This document shows, in pieces, positions 1-13,640 of a stretch of DNA of 64,000 nucleotides (position 1 is its first letter; each line of letters opens with the position of its first letter). The notes below the pieces were generated by a model, which had not been told where the DNA came from, searched no databases, and saw nothing but the letters and a program-made list of their open reading frames with translations. Where the stretch lies: NCBI GenBank assembly GCA_053919585.1, contig CM132793.1, one strand, 5' to 3'. Source of the stretch: Euprymna scolopes (lineage: Eukaryota). A program made the position numbers and the translations under genes.

Positions 1-59
1 CGGTGTTATAGTAAATTGTGAACCGCCAAGAGTTTTATCGAACATTTTTGGGACAGAGT

Positions 60-418
60 ACAACACTGCCATAGGATTCTAAATTTTCCTCTGCTCTTGT
101 TGCAATAGTTCCTTATTTTGATGCTGTTGATACGTCTAGTCGTGCGTCCCAGGCACTTGGTGTCCCACCAGTTATAGATGACTGTAGTATGTTTGGATTA
201 GATATCATTGCCCCTTGAATGACGTAGTTACGTTGTGTCATTACGTTTATTATCGGGTTTTCTTAGTAGACTATGATTATGCCAGATATGCGTGAATGTG
301 TCTCCTTGTTTTAGTTTAGTGTGTGGCATTTCTCTCCAGTCGTGGGAGTTGATCATGTTAGTGTCTGTCAATAGATTATGTGCATCCATTGCTGTTGTAT
401 TTGGTAACTTGTTTAGCA
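60..418 (-). pseudogene. Endogenous parvovirus-like capsid (VP) fragment, C-like lineage
   Basis: Translation HDWREMPHTKLKQGDTFTHIWHNHSLLRKP matches VP-C at 61215-62393; interrupted by the hAT element. Confidence 0.9.
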
Positions 419-1908
419 CAGCGGTTCTCAACCTTTTTTGACCCATGGACCCCTTTTCCCTTCTTTTTTTTTTCTTGGTGGACCCCCTTATAATTTTTGG
501 TCATAAAACAATATTCTATTTCTCAATATAATTTTTTGAGCTTTTAATAAACAAATAAATATTATATAATTAAACTTTATTTTTAAATGAAAACTAATTT
601 AATGCAAATAAAGTATTTTACAACAATTATAATAATGAAAACTTGATTAACGCTAACTGTTTTTTGTGTTTTTGTTTTTGTAAATTCACGTAATGGAATG
701 AATGAATGTGTGTGTGTGGTTTTGGTACTTAAGCAGGATACGGGCCGTGCTATTTTGTAGATAAGATTTTTAAGTTATACTCAATTTTTACGGTATGTTT
801 TGTTCCATTAAATTGTTAGGTGAATGTACATACATCTCAACCTTTTCCCGGCTATCGCCCCCAAAAGCTATTTTTGACTTAAGTTAATTCATAATCGCCT
901 CCAAGAATAAATAATAACAAATATTGTAATTATGACTAACCAACACTAGAAACATTTTGTACATGCAAATGGAAAACAAATTAATTAAAAAATAATTTTA
1001 TTGCAAATTTACAAGAAATGTAGAGAGTCTAACTAGTGTGAGCCCTGAGATTGGTGATGTTTCGCTAAAAATTCAATGTCAGGTTTAATATTACTCAAGC
1101 AGATACGAATATCTCCACGAGAAATAATGTCAAATCTGTTTCGTTCCTTCTGTAAAATGTGATTCACAGCGCTGAATCCAGTTTCGACAAGATATGATGT
1201 TGGGAAACACAAAAGGATTTTCGACATTTGTGACCACAAATTTGGATACAGTGATTTTACAGTGTTTGATTGCCGAAATGCACACAAAGTTTCTCTTTTG
1301 AACTTGATTTGCAATTCATCATTGCATTTTATCTCGATGATTTCCTCCTGGATATTTTTGTGTGCACTGAGAGGATCACAATCGAATGGGTCAATCATCC
1401 ATGGCTCAATAGTGAAGTCAAATAAATCGGAAAATTTGATTTCTAGATCATTTTTCATGGCTGACAGATGGTTACAATAAATAACAATGTCATTTTCACA
1501 TAAGTCGATTTCTGCTAGTTCGGGTATATTATCAAATTGCCTTCGTTTTAAATTAATTTGAAACATATTAAGTTTTTCAACAAAAGCTCTCATCACTCGT
1601 TTACAGTCTATCAGGGTTATCATTTTTCCTTGCAGCAGAGAGACTTCATTTAACTTACGGAAGATCCAACTAAGATAGTGTATATTTTTCTTTTGAGCTT
1701 GAATTTCGATAGCTAAGTCTGACTGTCCTTCTGTTTCCAAAGTTTCGCACTAATAGTTGAGCTACGCGTTTATAATTTCAAAAAATTTAAAAAATTTACT
1801 GGCAAAGATGTCAAAATTTTTCACAGATAAAATTGATTGAAAATCGCCCCCCAAAATTTGATTTTCGCCCACTAGGGGGCGCGATTCGCTCCTGGTTGAG
1901 AACCGCTG
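419..1908 (-). mobile_element. hAT (Charlie/Buster-like) DNA transposon, internally deleted
   Basis: TIRs CAGCGGTTCTCAACC (419) and GGTTGAGAACCGCTG (ends 1908); 8-bp TSD GTTTAGCA at 411-418 and 1909-1916; ORF 1033-1740 carries the hAT dimerisation tail FPTSYLVETGFS. Confidence 0.93.
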
Positions 1909-1921
1909 GTTTAGCAAATGT

Positions 1922-3456
1922 TGTAAGAATTTCTCTTACTCGTTTTTGCCTTTGGCAGAATGAAAGAGACACTCAGAAAAGCAACAAAGGCTCACCTTAA
2001 ATTCCAAGAATATTTTATTTACAAGAGAGGTAAAATGAGTCCATATTTGCAAAAGAGTGCAACTCTTTAGCTTCGGCCAAATGGCGGGTAGTTTATGCCT
2101 CGAAAGGTGTAGGTAGTTTTCTTCTGTGGAAAATGCTGGTTGAATTCGGCCGCTTGTAGAAGTGGTTGAGGGTTCTTCGAAATCCTTCCAGACTGGTCAA
2201 ATAAGAACAATGCACATTGCGATCGATGTTCCATAATAAAGGATGCCCTCCTGCGGGCAATGATGATGGATGCAATTAGTCCATAAAACATTTTTGCCTC
2301 AGGCTGGTATCCGCATTTAAGTGAGCGGAGATAACAAATAGAATAGAACCCTGCCTTAGTTCATTTGGCACGGAGCGAGACACCACGCGTCTGCTTTGCT
2401 CGACACGGAATGGAAATCTATTTGAAGAAACACAATATTCCCGCCAATTCCTGAATCCTCTGCAGCAACTGAAACAATGCAATTTCATTGGTCAAAATAA
2501 TCGCGTGATTGGAACAATCTAGCAGTTATCGCCCTTGCATTCTGAAATTTCTAACACACTGCCAAAGGAAGGAAGAGAAAGAAATGGATTACTCATTTCT
2601 TTCTTTTTTTTATCGGGAAATTAATGATTGTCGCCTATTTGGACAAGTTATTACAATGAAATTCTGTCTCAAAGGACTTAATATTAACACAATAATAGCA
2701 ATTAAATTCAATGTGTGTCTGTTGTCAATCTGAACTTATAACGATCTCTCCATGGCAAACAGAGAATTTATTAGTAATAAAAGGTATGACTCTACTGATG
2801 AGTCTATAAAAGGAATGTACAATTATTAACTTGGTGTTTGGTCCGCATAATCCGGACACACCCAATCTTCAACGGTAACTTGTTGGTCGACCCCGACACA
2901 ACCAAAATGGTACCACTCATTGCACGAGTCGCAACACACCATAGGTGTTGTTCCGTCGTTGGCGACTGAACATGTAGGGCAAAAGAAGGGGCCTCCTTCT
3001 TCCGCAAATTCAGCTAATGCAGGTTCAGGGTTATGTTTTATCTCTAAAGGATAAATATTTTTTAAGGAATGAATTTGGACACACCCGTCTTTCAGCACTG
3101 AGGCTGAACGAACCCTGTTGTCCTTTCCGACCAATAATTTTACTACCTTACCCAACCCCCAGAAGGGCCGGGACTTATTAGGAGCTTTGATAAGAACAAT
3201 TTCACCCTCTGATATTTTAGAGGTTTCATTTTCTGTAATGTGGGCGTCTACTTCTATAATTGAGAGCAAGTAGTCATTATGCCAACTACGTTTAAATTTA
3301 CTGACAAATTCATCCCTCATTTCAAGGGAATGTAAGAGCGAATTTCTATTTGGAGGTTCAGGACAAGGGTCCTCTGAACCGCTAACATTGATAAGCAGGC
3401 GGGGATGATATCCTGTCTGCAAAAAATGGTTGGGAGTCAACCCATCAAGGCCTCTA
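1922..3456 (-). mobile_element. BEL/Pao LTR retrotransposon 3' remnant (integrase tail, PHD finger, probable LTR)
   Basis: LTPNHFL...F...W...YL...W.LG.V..L..G.D..VR post-integrase motif followed by a PHD-type Cys/His pattern; TGTAAG at 1922 is a candidate LTR edge. Confidence 0.7.
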
Positions 3457-4028
3457 TCAGAAGCTGAAATAAATCTCGTCCAAGAAAGTGGGATTATCCT
3501 CACACATCCTGACGAACTGTTCGCAAAACTGAGACCTGCGATCAGGATCATCCTCAAGAAGTTCGTGAATTAGGCGCGGAATGTATGGTCTCATGTGGAG
3601 TTTCGTGAGTATTTTATGTAGAGAGGTTCGTTTGATACCAATTTCTGCACTAGCACGGCGAAGTGATTTCTTTTGGCTTCTGCCATATGCCTCAGCAACT
3701 GTAGCCAAATTTTGTTCAGTGCACACACTTGGCCGACCAGAACGCGGAGCATCAGCAACTGAGCCAGTATCATCTAATTTGTCTCGAAGTTTATAAATAG
3801 CCAAACGTGTTGGAGGATCTGTATTAAAATAATGATTCCAATCACGAATTACATCCTGTGCGTTTTCTGTTTTCCAATATCGCTTCAAAATAAATTTGCG
3901 CTCTTCCAAAGTTAGTTTGCGTGGCATGCTTGATTAAATAAACCTGTAAAAAAAATAAATATTAACTATTAATACAAATATAATACAATAAAACAATAAG
4001 ACTGTATAGTAACTTTACGGACACCCTG
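3457..4028 (-). mobile_element. Tc1/mariner-superfamily transposon 5' remnant
   Basis: HTH transposase N-terminus (TGSVADAPRSGRP, SLRRASAEIGI) at 3457-3927; TIR CAGGGTGTCC on the minus strand with flanking TA at 4029-4030. Confidence 0.85.
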
Positions 4029-4030
4029 TA

Positions 4031-4890
4031 TGATGCGGCATCTCTGCTAGTCCTACAGATGGCTTTTTGTCCTGAAATGTGTTGTTGGGTATGCTGGTTA
4101 GTCCCTCTAGGTTTCCGTATCCGATGTATTGGCCTTTGTCTATGTATATTTGGAACCAAGGTTGAGGATTTTGCACGAATACCTCCTTGTTGTTCTTTGT
4201 GAGGAATTCTCCGCGGATGACATTGTCTAATTCGAAGCCGATGCTTTTCACTCTGTATGCTGTTGCTGTATTCATCATTGCCTCCCATTGGTTTTGTCGT
4301 ACCCATGTAAGTATGGTACTATGTAGTCTTTTGATACCGGTTGTGCCCAAGCGTAATCTCCTACGTTTTCATACTTTCTGTTTGACTCGTATTTGTGGAA
4401 TGTTGCTTTGCAGTCGTTCATGTTGCTGGTTCTAATTAGGTTCCTGAATGTTCTTTTGACTATATGTTCTCTGGATGTTCCCCGTAGCTGTTTGCAGGTG
4501 CGGGCCGATGTGGATCTCCTCATATCCGTTAGATCCCGATTCCGAAGTCTCATCACTAGTACTTTCGTCCATTTGCGGCCTAGGTATACCGTCAGTGCTA
4601 TCAGCAGCACCCACGGCGGGATTATTTCTGAAATACTTGTCCAGTCCAAGTGCGTGTTTGGGTTTAATAGCGAGCGAGACCTCCGACGAATCCAGTACCC
4701 TCGCTATTTTTTATGAATTCTGCATCTGCCTCCTCCGTAGATTTATTTGGGTCGCCGTAGGCGATGTCGTGAAGTTTTGCTGCTAGGTCTAGTTTGTTTT
4801 TTGGTGTGTATTTAAATTTTTTAGGGTCTGTACCTGGTCCTAGAAATTCGTAACCCGGAACAGTGGATTCTACTTTCGTGCGTGTCATAA
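4031..4890 (-). pseudogene. Parvovirus-like VP 5' half with PLA2 domain, frameshifted
   Basis: TVPGYEFLGPG...LDLAAKLHDIAY; later frames match VP-A (TATAYRVKS, YIGYGNLEG). Confidence 0.92.
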
Positions 4891-4967
4891 TTGCACTCCA
4901 GACCTTAGACCCATCGGCGTTTCCCGAGGCCGTTCTTATGCGGGCTGTATCCTGGTAAACAATAAAT

Positions 4968-6326
4968 GGCACTTTTTACTGAGTGTGGACCCAAGCAAAA
5001 ATTTTTTTTTTGCTTAAGTACGCATGCGCGCAATCGTAAGTCTGCGGCCAAAAAAAAAGTCAAATACACATTGAACACATTGACCTCAACAGCGATTTTC
5101 TTTAGATGTACCAACAAGTTGAGATTTTTTTTTATCCAAAAAGTGAAAGAAATGTGAAATGAAATTTTTACAAGTCAAATTTTATTTTAAACAATATACC
5201 ACTGCGATATATGCAGCAACACATTGTCAAAAGCGTCTTTGCCACTTTTTCCTTAAACCTCCCTCCATAAAAATTCGTCCAAATGGGACTCCACTGTACT
5301 GGAGTGCACCCCCATCATTGTTTTGAATTTCGTTTTTGCGTTCTTCCAAAAACATTCCACCTTGTTGGTGTGCACGCCTGATACTGGATCGACGAAGTGT
5401 TGCGAATGGTTCACTTGTTTGTGGATGTACCTGGGGTGGAGATTTATCTGGTCAATTGGAGTATATGCTCTCCAACTGTCAGAATGTATGGTAGTTCCTG
5501 GTTTTATGTATTTTTTTATCAGTGGTATCAAGGTGTCGGAGGAGCGATCACTGACAAAAACCAAAAATCCGATTTTATCCTCTGTATCCCACCCACCGAA
5601 AACCCACCTTTGCTCTGGTACTCTACCGCGGTTATATTTCCGTTTACAGATCAAAGACTCATCAATTTGTACCACGTGGCCAGGTCCACCTATTTGGTAT
5701 GGGTTCATCACCATATGATGGCTTGTGGCGTCACGTAAATACTGGTACCATGAACAAATGGTCTTCCCGCTTACCTCGCACATGTCAGAGGCGACAACAC
5801 CAGTTATCTGTCTAGACCAGACATATGCAATTCGGATGAATTCTTGCAATGTTATTTTGGAGTCTTGCAAAAATGAACCCTTTTTTATCGATGCCTTCTG
5901 GTTCTTATGGGCTTTGCATCGGAAAACTTTAGTGTCGCGATTTTTGATAAGAGACATCTGCTGTTGACAAACACTGCATACCATTTTTTCTGCAAGGATT
6001 TTCCTCTCTTTGAGGAAAGTATCAGCGGAGTCAAAATCTTTCGTCCACTCAAAGAGTTGTGTGAGCATTTTTTGAAATGTGAAATAAACTTTTTAAAAGT
6101 TCCGAGAGATAAAATCGCTGTTGAGGTCAATGTGTTCAATGTGTATTTGACTTTTTTTTTGGCCGCAGACTTATTTGGCGAGTTCCGAGAGATAAAATCG
6201 CTGTTGAGGTCAATGTGTTCAATGTGTATTTGACTTTTTTTTTTGGCCGCAGACTTACGATTGCGCGCATGCGTACTTAAGCAAAAAAAAAAATTTTGCT
6301 TGGGTTCACACTCAGTAAAAAGTGCC
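4968..6326 (-). mobile_element. Merlin (ISXO2/IS1016-like) DNA transposon, near complete
   Basis: ~130-bp TIRs starting GGCACTTTTTACTGAG; 8-bp TSD CAATAAAT at 4960-4967 and 6327-6334; 271-aa ORF 5253-6068 with VQIDES, IHSDSW, VNHS, HTNKVE. Confidence 0.95.
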
Positions 6327-6334
6327 CAATAAAT

Positions 6335-6462
6335 TTATAATCTGTGTCCGCGTTACTTTTCTCAGTATCATAGTCTAAGTCATGCGTTCGACAGCATGCG
6401 TCTAATGCATTTAAATCTGTAGTAAAAGGACCACAATAATTAGTTCCAGGAAAGTGCGTCAC
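6335..6462 (-). pseudogene. Divergent viral-type PLA2 fragment
   Basis: PGTNYCGP...LDACCRTHDLDY...AD..F pattern. Confidence 0.7.
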
Positions 6463-6787
6463 TCACCTCGAGCTCGTTTAGTAGTTTAGCATGTCAATAT
6501 TTCAGTTCCTCGTACTTGTCGCATCGTTCATGTTCCAGTTTATTATCGCCCTCTAGTGTTTTGTTGCATAGAAGATTACTTGTTCCAGTTGAATCACTGT
6601 TCGTAACAATATCAGTTTTGTCACTTTCAAGCGAAGGTGGTGGTCAATTTGGAGTCATAAGTTGAGGAATTGTTTGACAGTCGTGTGTTGCCTGTTTCTG
6701 TCATTGTGTCAAATATGTGTAAATGAATCCCCTTGCCGTATGTTTAACATCCGACATTTCTCTCCAATCCTGTAAAATCAATCATCT

Positions 6788-7620
6788 TCATGTTGGACGC
6801 AGTGTCTGTCTTGTGCTCGACTGTCCCACATGCAGAGGTGACAATGGAAACTTGGTGAAACCTTTCTGTTGACCAAGAAGGAAGTTTACCATTGTCAAGT
6901 CTACACAAATGATCCAGTTGTGCTCACGATATATTAAGAAGTTCATGACCATTCTGATGTCATCATAGTCTTCCCGCAGATGAACTGAATGACCGACAGG
7001 CACTGCCCCGTAAACATTGCCATTATACAAAAGAACACACTTGAGACTGCGCTTAGAACTGTCTAAAAAGAGCCGCCATTCAGTTGGATCATAGTGAGGA
7101 ACACCCAGTTCTTTGAGAAAACCTGGGCTATCATGGCAGTAAACAAACTGTCTGTCTTCTGAAAAGAAGGTCACAAAAAGCTGGTCACGCTTTCTGTAAT
7201 ATGATACTTTAACAGTGTGAACAAGATTTTTGCCTTGTAATCTTGATGCCAAAAGCTCAGCTGCTTTCTTTGAAAGACCTAAATCCCGAACTAAGTCATT
7301 CAGTTCAGTCTGGTGAAGAGGCTTGGGGACGGGGGGGGAGATTCAGTTTCTGAAGAACATTCGTCGGGTTGTTCCCACTCAGTTTCTGGTAATTCATTGT
7401 CACAACTGTCTTCCTCGTCCATGTCATGTCCAATGTCTTTATCGTTTAATGAAGGCAAACCTTTGAAAACTGGAACAGGAACTTCAGAGTGCGGAGCAGG
7501 CCGAATAACTGAGGAAATGTTCAGATATACGATTTTATGTCTGTTTTTCTTGGTCACACCTGCTGTGTTTACCATGCAGAAGTAGCAATCAGTTACATGG
7601 TTGGTGGGTTCTCGCCAAAT
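6788..7620 (-). mobile_element. DNA transposase remnant, Chapaev3-like
   Basis: WREPTNHVTDCYFC, LFLDSSKRSLKCVLL and WIICVDL..VNFLLGQQ.GFTK motifs; broken by stops. Confidence 0.65.
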
Positions 7621-8454
7621 GCAATTTATACCGTGTTGATAAGATTTGTATGAAATTAAATGTACTCTTTAAAATGTCGCAATAAATTAGTGTAAGTAAT
7701 TCAACCAGTTTTGTATGAAGAAATATTAACTTACCTAATGGTCAAAATTCTTTTAATTCCCTCTTCTCTTACTTCAAGTTCATCTGATTTTACCATAGAA
7801 AATAAAATATTTTCTGGTAGTAATGCAAAAGCATTATACTGAATGTTTTTAAGTGTAATTTTTTTTAAATTTCAGTTGGTTGCTTCTGTATTCTCTGAAT
7901 CATATTATAAATGTACATTTGTAGGGATGTGACAAAAATTTTCAAAAATAATTCATCACATTTTCTAATACCACATTAAAGTGCATTTAAAAAGCTTTCG
8001 AATGATGTATAGATTATTGTTCTATGACAAATAATAAGGAAATAATGGAATTTTTAATTACGGAAATATGAGGAGATTTTCTGTCTCTAATTACACAGTT
8101 AAGTCAATGGAGATCTGTGACCTAGTTCTATATTCGTCCAGTTTAAACTATCATAACTTTCTTAATTTTTGGCAGATCTTAAAAAGTAAGGTACCACTAG
8201 AAAGCTTTTGAAATTCTTAATAAGAACAGAAAACACAAACAAAGATTCAAAGTAATTGACTGATTTTTATTATAATACGAATATTGATTTGGCATTGGTA
8301 CTTGCTACAATTACTCGGAAATCGTCACCCTGACTTGGCTCTTAAATATTGGTAATGGTTACACTGACAAAATTGACTATTATAGTAAGATTGTCTCCAT
8401 CACAATACATAGAATACTTTTAAAATGTGAATAAGCATTTAAAATTTTGCCCAT

Positions 8455-11158
8455 TTATGACATAGTAAGGTCTTCACATAGCATATCAGCTGCCAGAGCA
8501 TACTTGTTCAAATCAAAATCAATTGCATCATCTGAACTCTCATTCTCAGCCCAGTAACTAACAACATATGTTCCACCAGCCTTTTTCTTCAACTTGTCAA
8601 TTTTTCCATTGTACCAAGTCTTATCACCTGTCTCTTCATCATACCAAATATGACAAACTAACTTCCCCACAACTTTCCCTGACAATATATCCTCAACGTT
8701 ACTCAATATATTATCATCTAATTCACAAAACTCTTTCCTAAGAACAAACTCTTCACTTTTTAACCTCATTTCTAGCTTATTTCTGTCATAAGTCTTTTCT
8801 GCATCTTTTTAGATATCCGCCATCAAATTTCTTCTTTGATTTCTACGCTCCTTTTCCTTCCTACCTTGCGTTGATTTCTTGCCAAACCTACCGATAACAT
8901 TATCAATCTTTCTCTTTTTACACGTTCAAGTGAGTCAAGATATGAGCCAATCTTATTTTTCTTAGCCCTGATCTTTGAGGATATAAAACTCGGTGTAGCA
9001 TTAGGGGCTCGATCTTTTGCTGCAAAAAACATTCCCATTACTTCCTCTGCGTCAATATTATGACACCTTGCTGATTCAGTTTCCTTCTTCAGTTCTTCAG
9101 TTACAGATATATTGAAATAGCGTTTGTACTGTCTTTCCAAAACTACAACAATTTGAGAGAGGCACTGTGTCATCATAGAAGAGAATAGAAAGGCATCATC
9201 ATCTTAAGTAACATCAGTATCTAAATCCTCATTGAAAAAGTTTACAGTCATTTCCAGTAACTCCAGTGGTCTATCAACTAAATTTTTTATACGCTCTACT
9301 ACACTTTTAACAACCGATATACCCTCTACATGTCCAACAGTTTGAGATGTAGAGGAAGTATAAAATTTTGACATCCACAGCCCTGACAAAAATTTTCCTA
9401 TCAAGCCTAAAACCTGCAATTCTAAGACGCCTACTGGAGAGGTGAAGTCTTTGAGGATGGCAGACTGTAATCCACCACATGAAACTGTGCCTGTAGAGAA
9501 AAATTCTGAGAATGTTTCATAATGAACTACTAATTTTTGAGAAATGTCAAATAATATATGTAATCTGTTTCCTCTATATCTTGGCAGAAACCCCTTTGGT
9601 AAGCCAGACTTCTCTAAAAATGAGATAAATCCCTTTGGATCTCCCTTACTGTCCTTATATCTGAATTTATTGATGGCCAATACAATGTTGCCAGCTACAC
9701 AATCATTTCCTAACAAATGGCCCTTATCAGTTTCAACAGCTTTAAGTGCAGAACGTGTCCCACTGGCAATACTTTCCAATGGATGTAAATGACAATTCAG
9801 TTTATTTAAAGATACATTCCATGTCTCCTCTAGACGGGAAATTGTAGCGAAGTTGACAACCACCCTATCAGTGAGAGTATTACTGATCCTTGAAACCACA
9901 CTCTTCCTGGTTGTCTCAAAATCACAATGAAAAAAACTGACAATAAGCATTAACCATACGATTGATAGAATATAAAACATGGTTTTCATAGTCTTCAGCT
10001 GTACCGCCAGGCAGATGATCAATAGATATGACAATTGGAAGGTGATGTTATATGCATCTCATTGACATGGACACCTTCCTGAGTAGTGGCATCAAAGCAT
10101 AATGTAAGGTTTTCATTGCTTAAAATATACTCAGCAACCTGAAAGTCTGAAATGGCCCCCAACTCCCTTACCATCATCTCTACAGTCGATCTACGTGGTA
10201 TATTTTCTATGCTATATCAACACCTACCTAGGAAGCTTTTTATCAAGTTAGGAACATTTATAGTTGGAACATTGTTCAAAATGCAGTCGTACACAAACAT
10301 TCTTATGTCCAGTGAAAAAGTCTTCCCTTCCTTTTGAATAAATTTTGTTTGATTATCCACCTGTTCCTCTAGAATGAACTTGTCATTCTCTAACTCCGAT
10401 ATTATAACATCTTTTTCTTTCAGTTTATTTTCAAGGACAGTCACAACATCCTTGTCAGCATTAGTGACACTGTCCACCTGACTCTCTCGCTTTCCACTGT
10501 TTAACTGACTGTATTTGTTCTTTTGCTTCCTGAGTTCATGCTCAAGTCGTTGGAAGGCTTCTATATTTGCATTTTTTAAAAATTTTTTGAGATCCTTCCT
10601 CAACAAAGTGATAATCGCCCTCTGTTTAGAGATCACTGTCTTTTTCCTCATTAAGTCCTGGTTCGAGTATTTGACCTTCATCCCATGTGTTGACTCGATA
10701 TTAGCTTTCAGTCCTTGCATAGATGTCTTGTATTTTTGTTGCATAACCTGCTTTGATTTAGAAACAAAATCAAGTCTCTTCTTCATTAATTTGCACCTTG
10801 GTGTTAACGGCTTTCTTGATGTTCTCTCGGAGGAGGTTGTTGGTGTAGCAGGAATTGGTACAGCTAATGGAGTTGAAGAAGTGGACGGTGTTGGGCTGCA
10901 TTCATTCCCTTGGCTAGTCTTTGTTTCAATATCAACAGGAGGATTGTCTGACTGGACTTTATAGAAAGTAAACACCTCATCACACAAGTGCCTGAATTTC
11001 TTCAAGTCATTCTCTCTTGATAAGTTGGTGTATTTTCTTATTGTACAGTCCAACAATTTTTTTATTTGCCAACGAAGAAAACATTTTAAAAGGGTTTCGA
11101 TATTTTCTCCGGAGAGCAGAAAAAAATCCGAACCTTTCAGTTCAGAAATATTTTCCAA
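8455..11158 (-). mobile_element. Large degraded DDE transposase with CxxH motif (hAT/P/MULE/Kolobok supergroup, family unresolved)
   Basis: Four collinear ORF pieces; FDATT, LTDR, NCHLH and NIDAEEVMG candidate catalytic motifs. Confidence 0.55.
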
Positions 11159-11399
11159 TCTGATAAAATTTGTTAATTTAGCTTAAAACGAAAACTGTTT
11201 TTCTTTTGTTTACATCACGTGACACAAAACGGCAAATGAGAAAGCTCCAAAAAGTCGTCTGCTGAATTCAAATAAACCGCTCAAATTCACAAATATTGGA
11301 AAAAATCTTAAATTCGTTTTAAAATAAATTTTACAATTTTTTCTGTTTTATTTTTTATTTAAAAATAAAATTCTCAAAGCATTCATTAGGAACATTCTG

Positions 11400-11725
11400 T
11401 TTTCCATGGCCTCTCGTTAGCTACGTGTCGACGTTGCTTGTCAACAGGCATGGAGTTCGCTTCAGTATCCTCTCACTCTGGTGTTTTACGTTGACGTACG
11501 TATCCATGCCTTCCAGGATACACTTTGCCTCCTCGACGTTCTGCGGTGTGAATCACATTTCCTCTGAAGATGCGGCTTTTATCCACGCAGCTGTCGAATG
11601 TGAAATTGTCACTTGCCTGGCAGCGCATTCGCCCTGCGTTCATCAGGCTGTTGCGGATGCTTCTGAGGATATATGATTTGCCTGAGTTTGATGGACCCGT
11701 TATGTGTAGGGCGTTTTTTTTTTGT
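11400..11725 (-). pseudogene. Parvovirus-like NS1 helicase fragment
   Basis: ITGPSNSGKSYILRSIRN Walker A region nearly identical to NS1-A. Confidence 0.9.
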
Positions 11726-11769
11726 ATGTTTTCAGCCCCTACAAATCCTGGATCAGTGATCATCTGGCC

Positions 11770-12383
11770 GATTGCAGTCTGTGTTTTTTGTGTGGACTTA
11801 GGTAGTCCATTTCATCGGATGTGTATTTTTCCGCTGCGGATGGTTCATGGCCGTTGTCAGTAATGTATCTGATGGCTGCGTGGTTTTCTATATGTTCTTA
11901 ACATACCGTCAGCCACATGAGTGGGTTCAGTTCTACAACTCCCCATTGTCACAGGGCCTCCATCGGTTGACAAGTTTTGTTATTGAATACTCGATTCTGC
12001 ATGGCATCTCTTTCTGCCATTATGTGGCGCCAAGGATTGTCCTTCAAAGTGCTCAGACATAGTGTGTGCTTAAGAATGCGTTCCTCTTGGTGTTTAACGT
12101 TCACATACGTCTCTGCACCTTCCAGTATGCATTTCGTTTCCTCGATATTTTGTGGTGTGAACCACATTTCTTCTGTAAATAATAGAGATTTATCTACGCA
12201 GCTTCCGAACGTAAAGTTATTAGACGCTTAGCACCTCATACGTCCGCAGTTTATGAGGCCATTCTTTATGCAGCGCAGCACTTGGCTCTTTCCACTGTTT
12301 TTGGCCCTGTGATGTGTAGTCTATTTACCTTCAGCCGAATCTGGTGGCATACCTCAAACTTTGTTCGACTTGTAGGGGATCTA
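11770..12383 (-). pseudogene. Parvovirus-like NS1 fragment, split by Tc1 (continues at about 13641-13680)
   Basis: MWFTPQNIEETKCILEG; the IYEAWCNHHNI/DP reading resumes across the Tc1. Confidence 0.85.
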
Positions 12384-13640
12384 CAGGGGTTGGAGAAAAT
12401 AATGGAAACACCTTGAAAAATCAAAGAAATTTATTTTAATATGGTGTAGGTCCACCTTTTGAAGCAAGTACAGCATTAATTCTTCTAGGTATTGATTCAT
12501 ACAAATTCTGAATGGTTTTCAAAGGAATTTTTGGCCATTCTTCCGTTAGAACAGCCTCCAGTTCTTTTAAAGACGATGGCGGTGGAAATCTACTTCTTAG
12601 TTGAACCTCTAAAATCCGCCATAAAGGCTCGATAATGTTGAGGTCTGGGGATTGTGCTGGCCAGATAAGATGTTCTAGTTCATCAGAGTGCTCATCGTGC
12701 CATTGTTTAACAATTCTAGCTGTATGAATTGGGGCATTATCATCTTGGAAAAAGGCATCTCCATCAGGAAACAGTTCCCTAACCATAGGATGGACTTGGT
12801 CAGTCAAAATTCTCAAATAGTCGTGGCTGTTAATTCTTCCATGAAGGGAGATCATTGGCCCTGCAGATTTCCGAGAAATGGCTCCCCAGATCATCACAGA
12901 ACCACCGCTATGCTTGACGGTTGGGAGAAGGCAAGTTGGATCATAAGCTTCTTTGGGTTGTCTCCAAACGTACACACGGCCAGATGTCGGAAATAATGTA
13001 AAAGAGGATTCGTCAGAGAAGATCATTTTTCTACTGTTCTATTGACCATTTCTGGAGGTTTCTACACCACTCTAGGCGTTTTGAAACCTTGGTTTTTGAC
13101 AGAAGAGGTTTTCTGATTGCAGCTCTTCCATGGAATCCAGCCATGTGCAGCTCCCTGTGAACTGTTTTTGTAGAAACTGGGTTCTGCAGGTGCTCATTGA
13201 GTTGAGGAGTGATTTTAGGGGCAGTAGTCTTGCGATCTACTCCCACAGTTCGGTTTAAAGCTCGACGGTCTCTTTCAGACTGCTTTCTCTTCCTACCAGA
13301 ATTTTGCTTGGCCGAGGAAGTTTTCCCTTCTTTTTTAAAAGCAGTCATCACTTTTGATACGGTACTTCTTGAAACACTAAGCATTTGAGCAGTTTCTGTT
13401 ACACTAGCGCCTGCCATACGAGCTCCAACAATTTGTCCTCTTTGAAAATCCGAAAGGTCTCCCATTTCTGTATATTATGATAATACCTGTAAAAAGAAAC
13501 AGCTATTTTAAATACTAGCTTCACTAGAAAGCATCATAAAATAAAACACACAAAAATATTTCATTTTTTAATTGTTCAAATCATATTAGAAAATTTCAAG
13601 TCAAAATGTCAGGTGTTTCCATTATTTTGTCCAACCCCTG
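12384..13640 (-). mobile_element. Full-length Tc1 transposon (DD34E type), stop plus frameshift near 13030
   Basis: TIRs CAGGGGTTGGA.AAAATAATGGAAACACC with TA on both sides; FSDES, FQDDNAPIH, SPDLNIIE. Confidence 0.95.
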
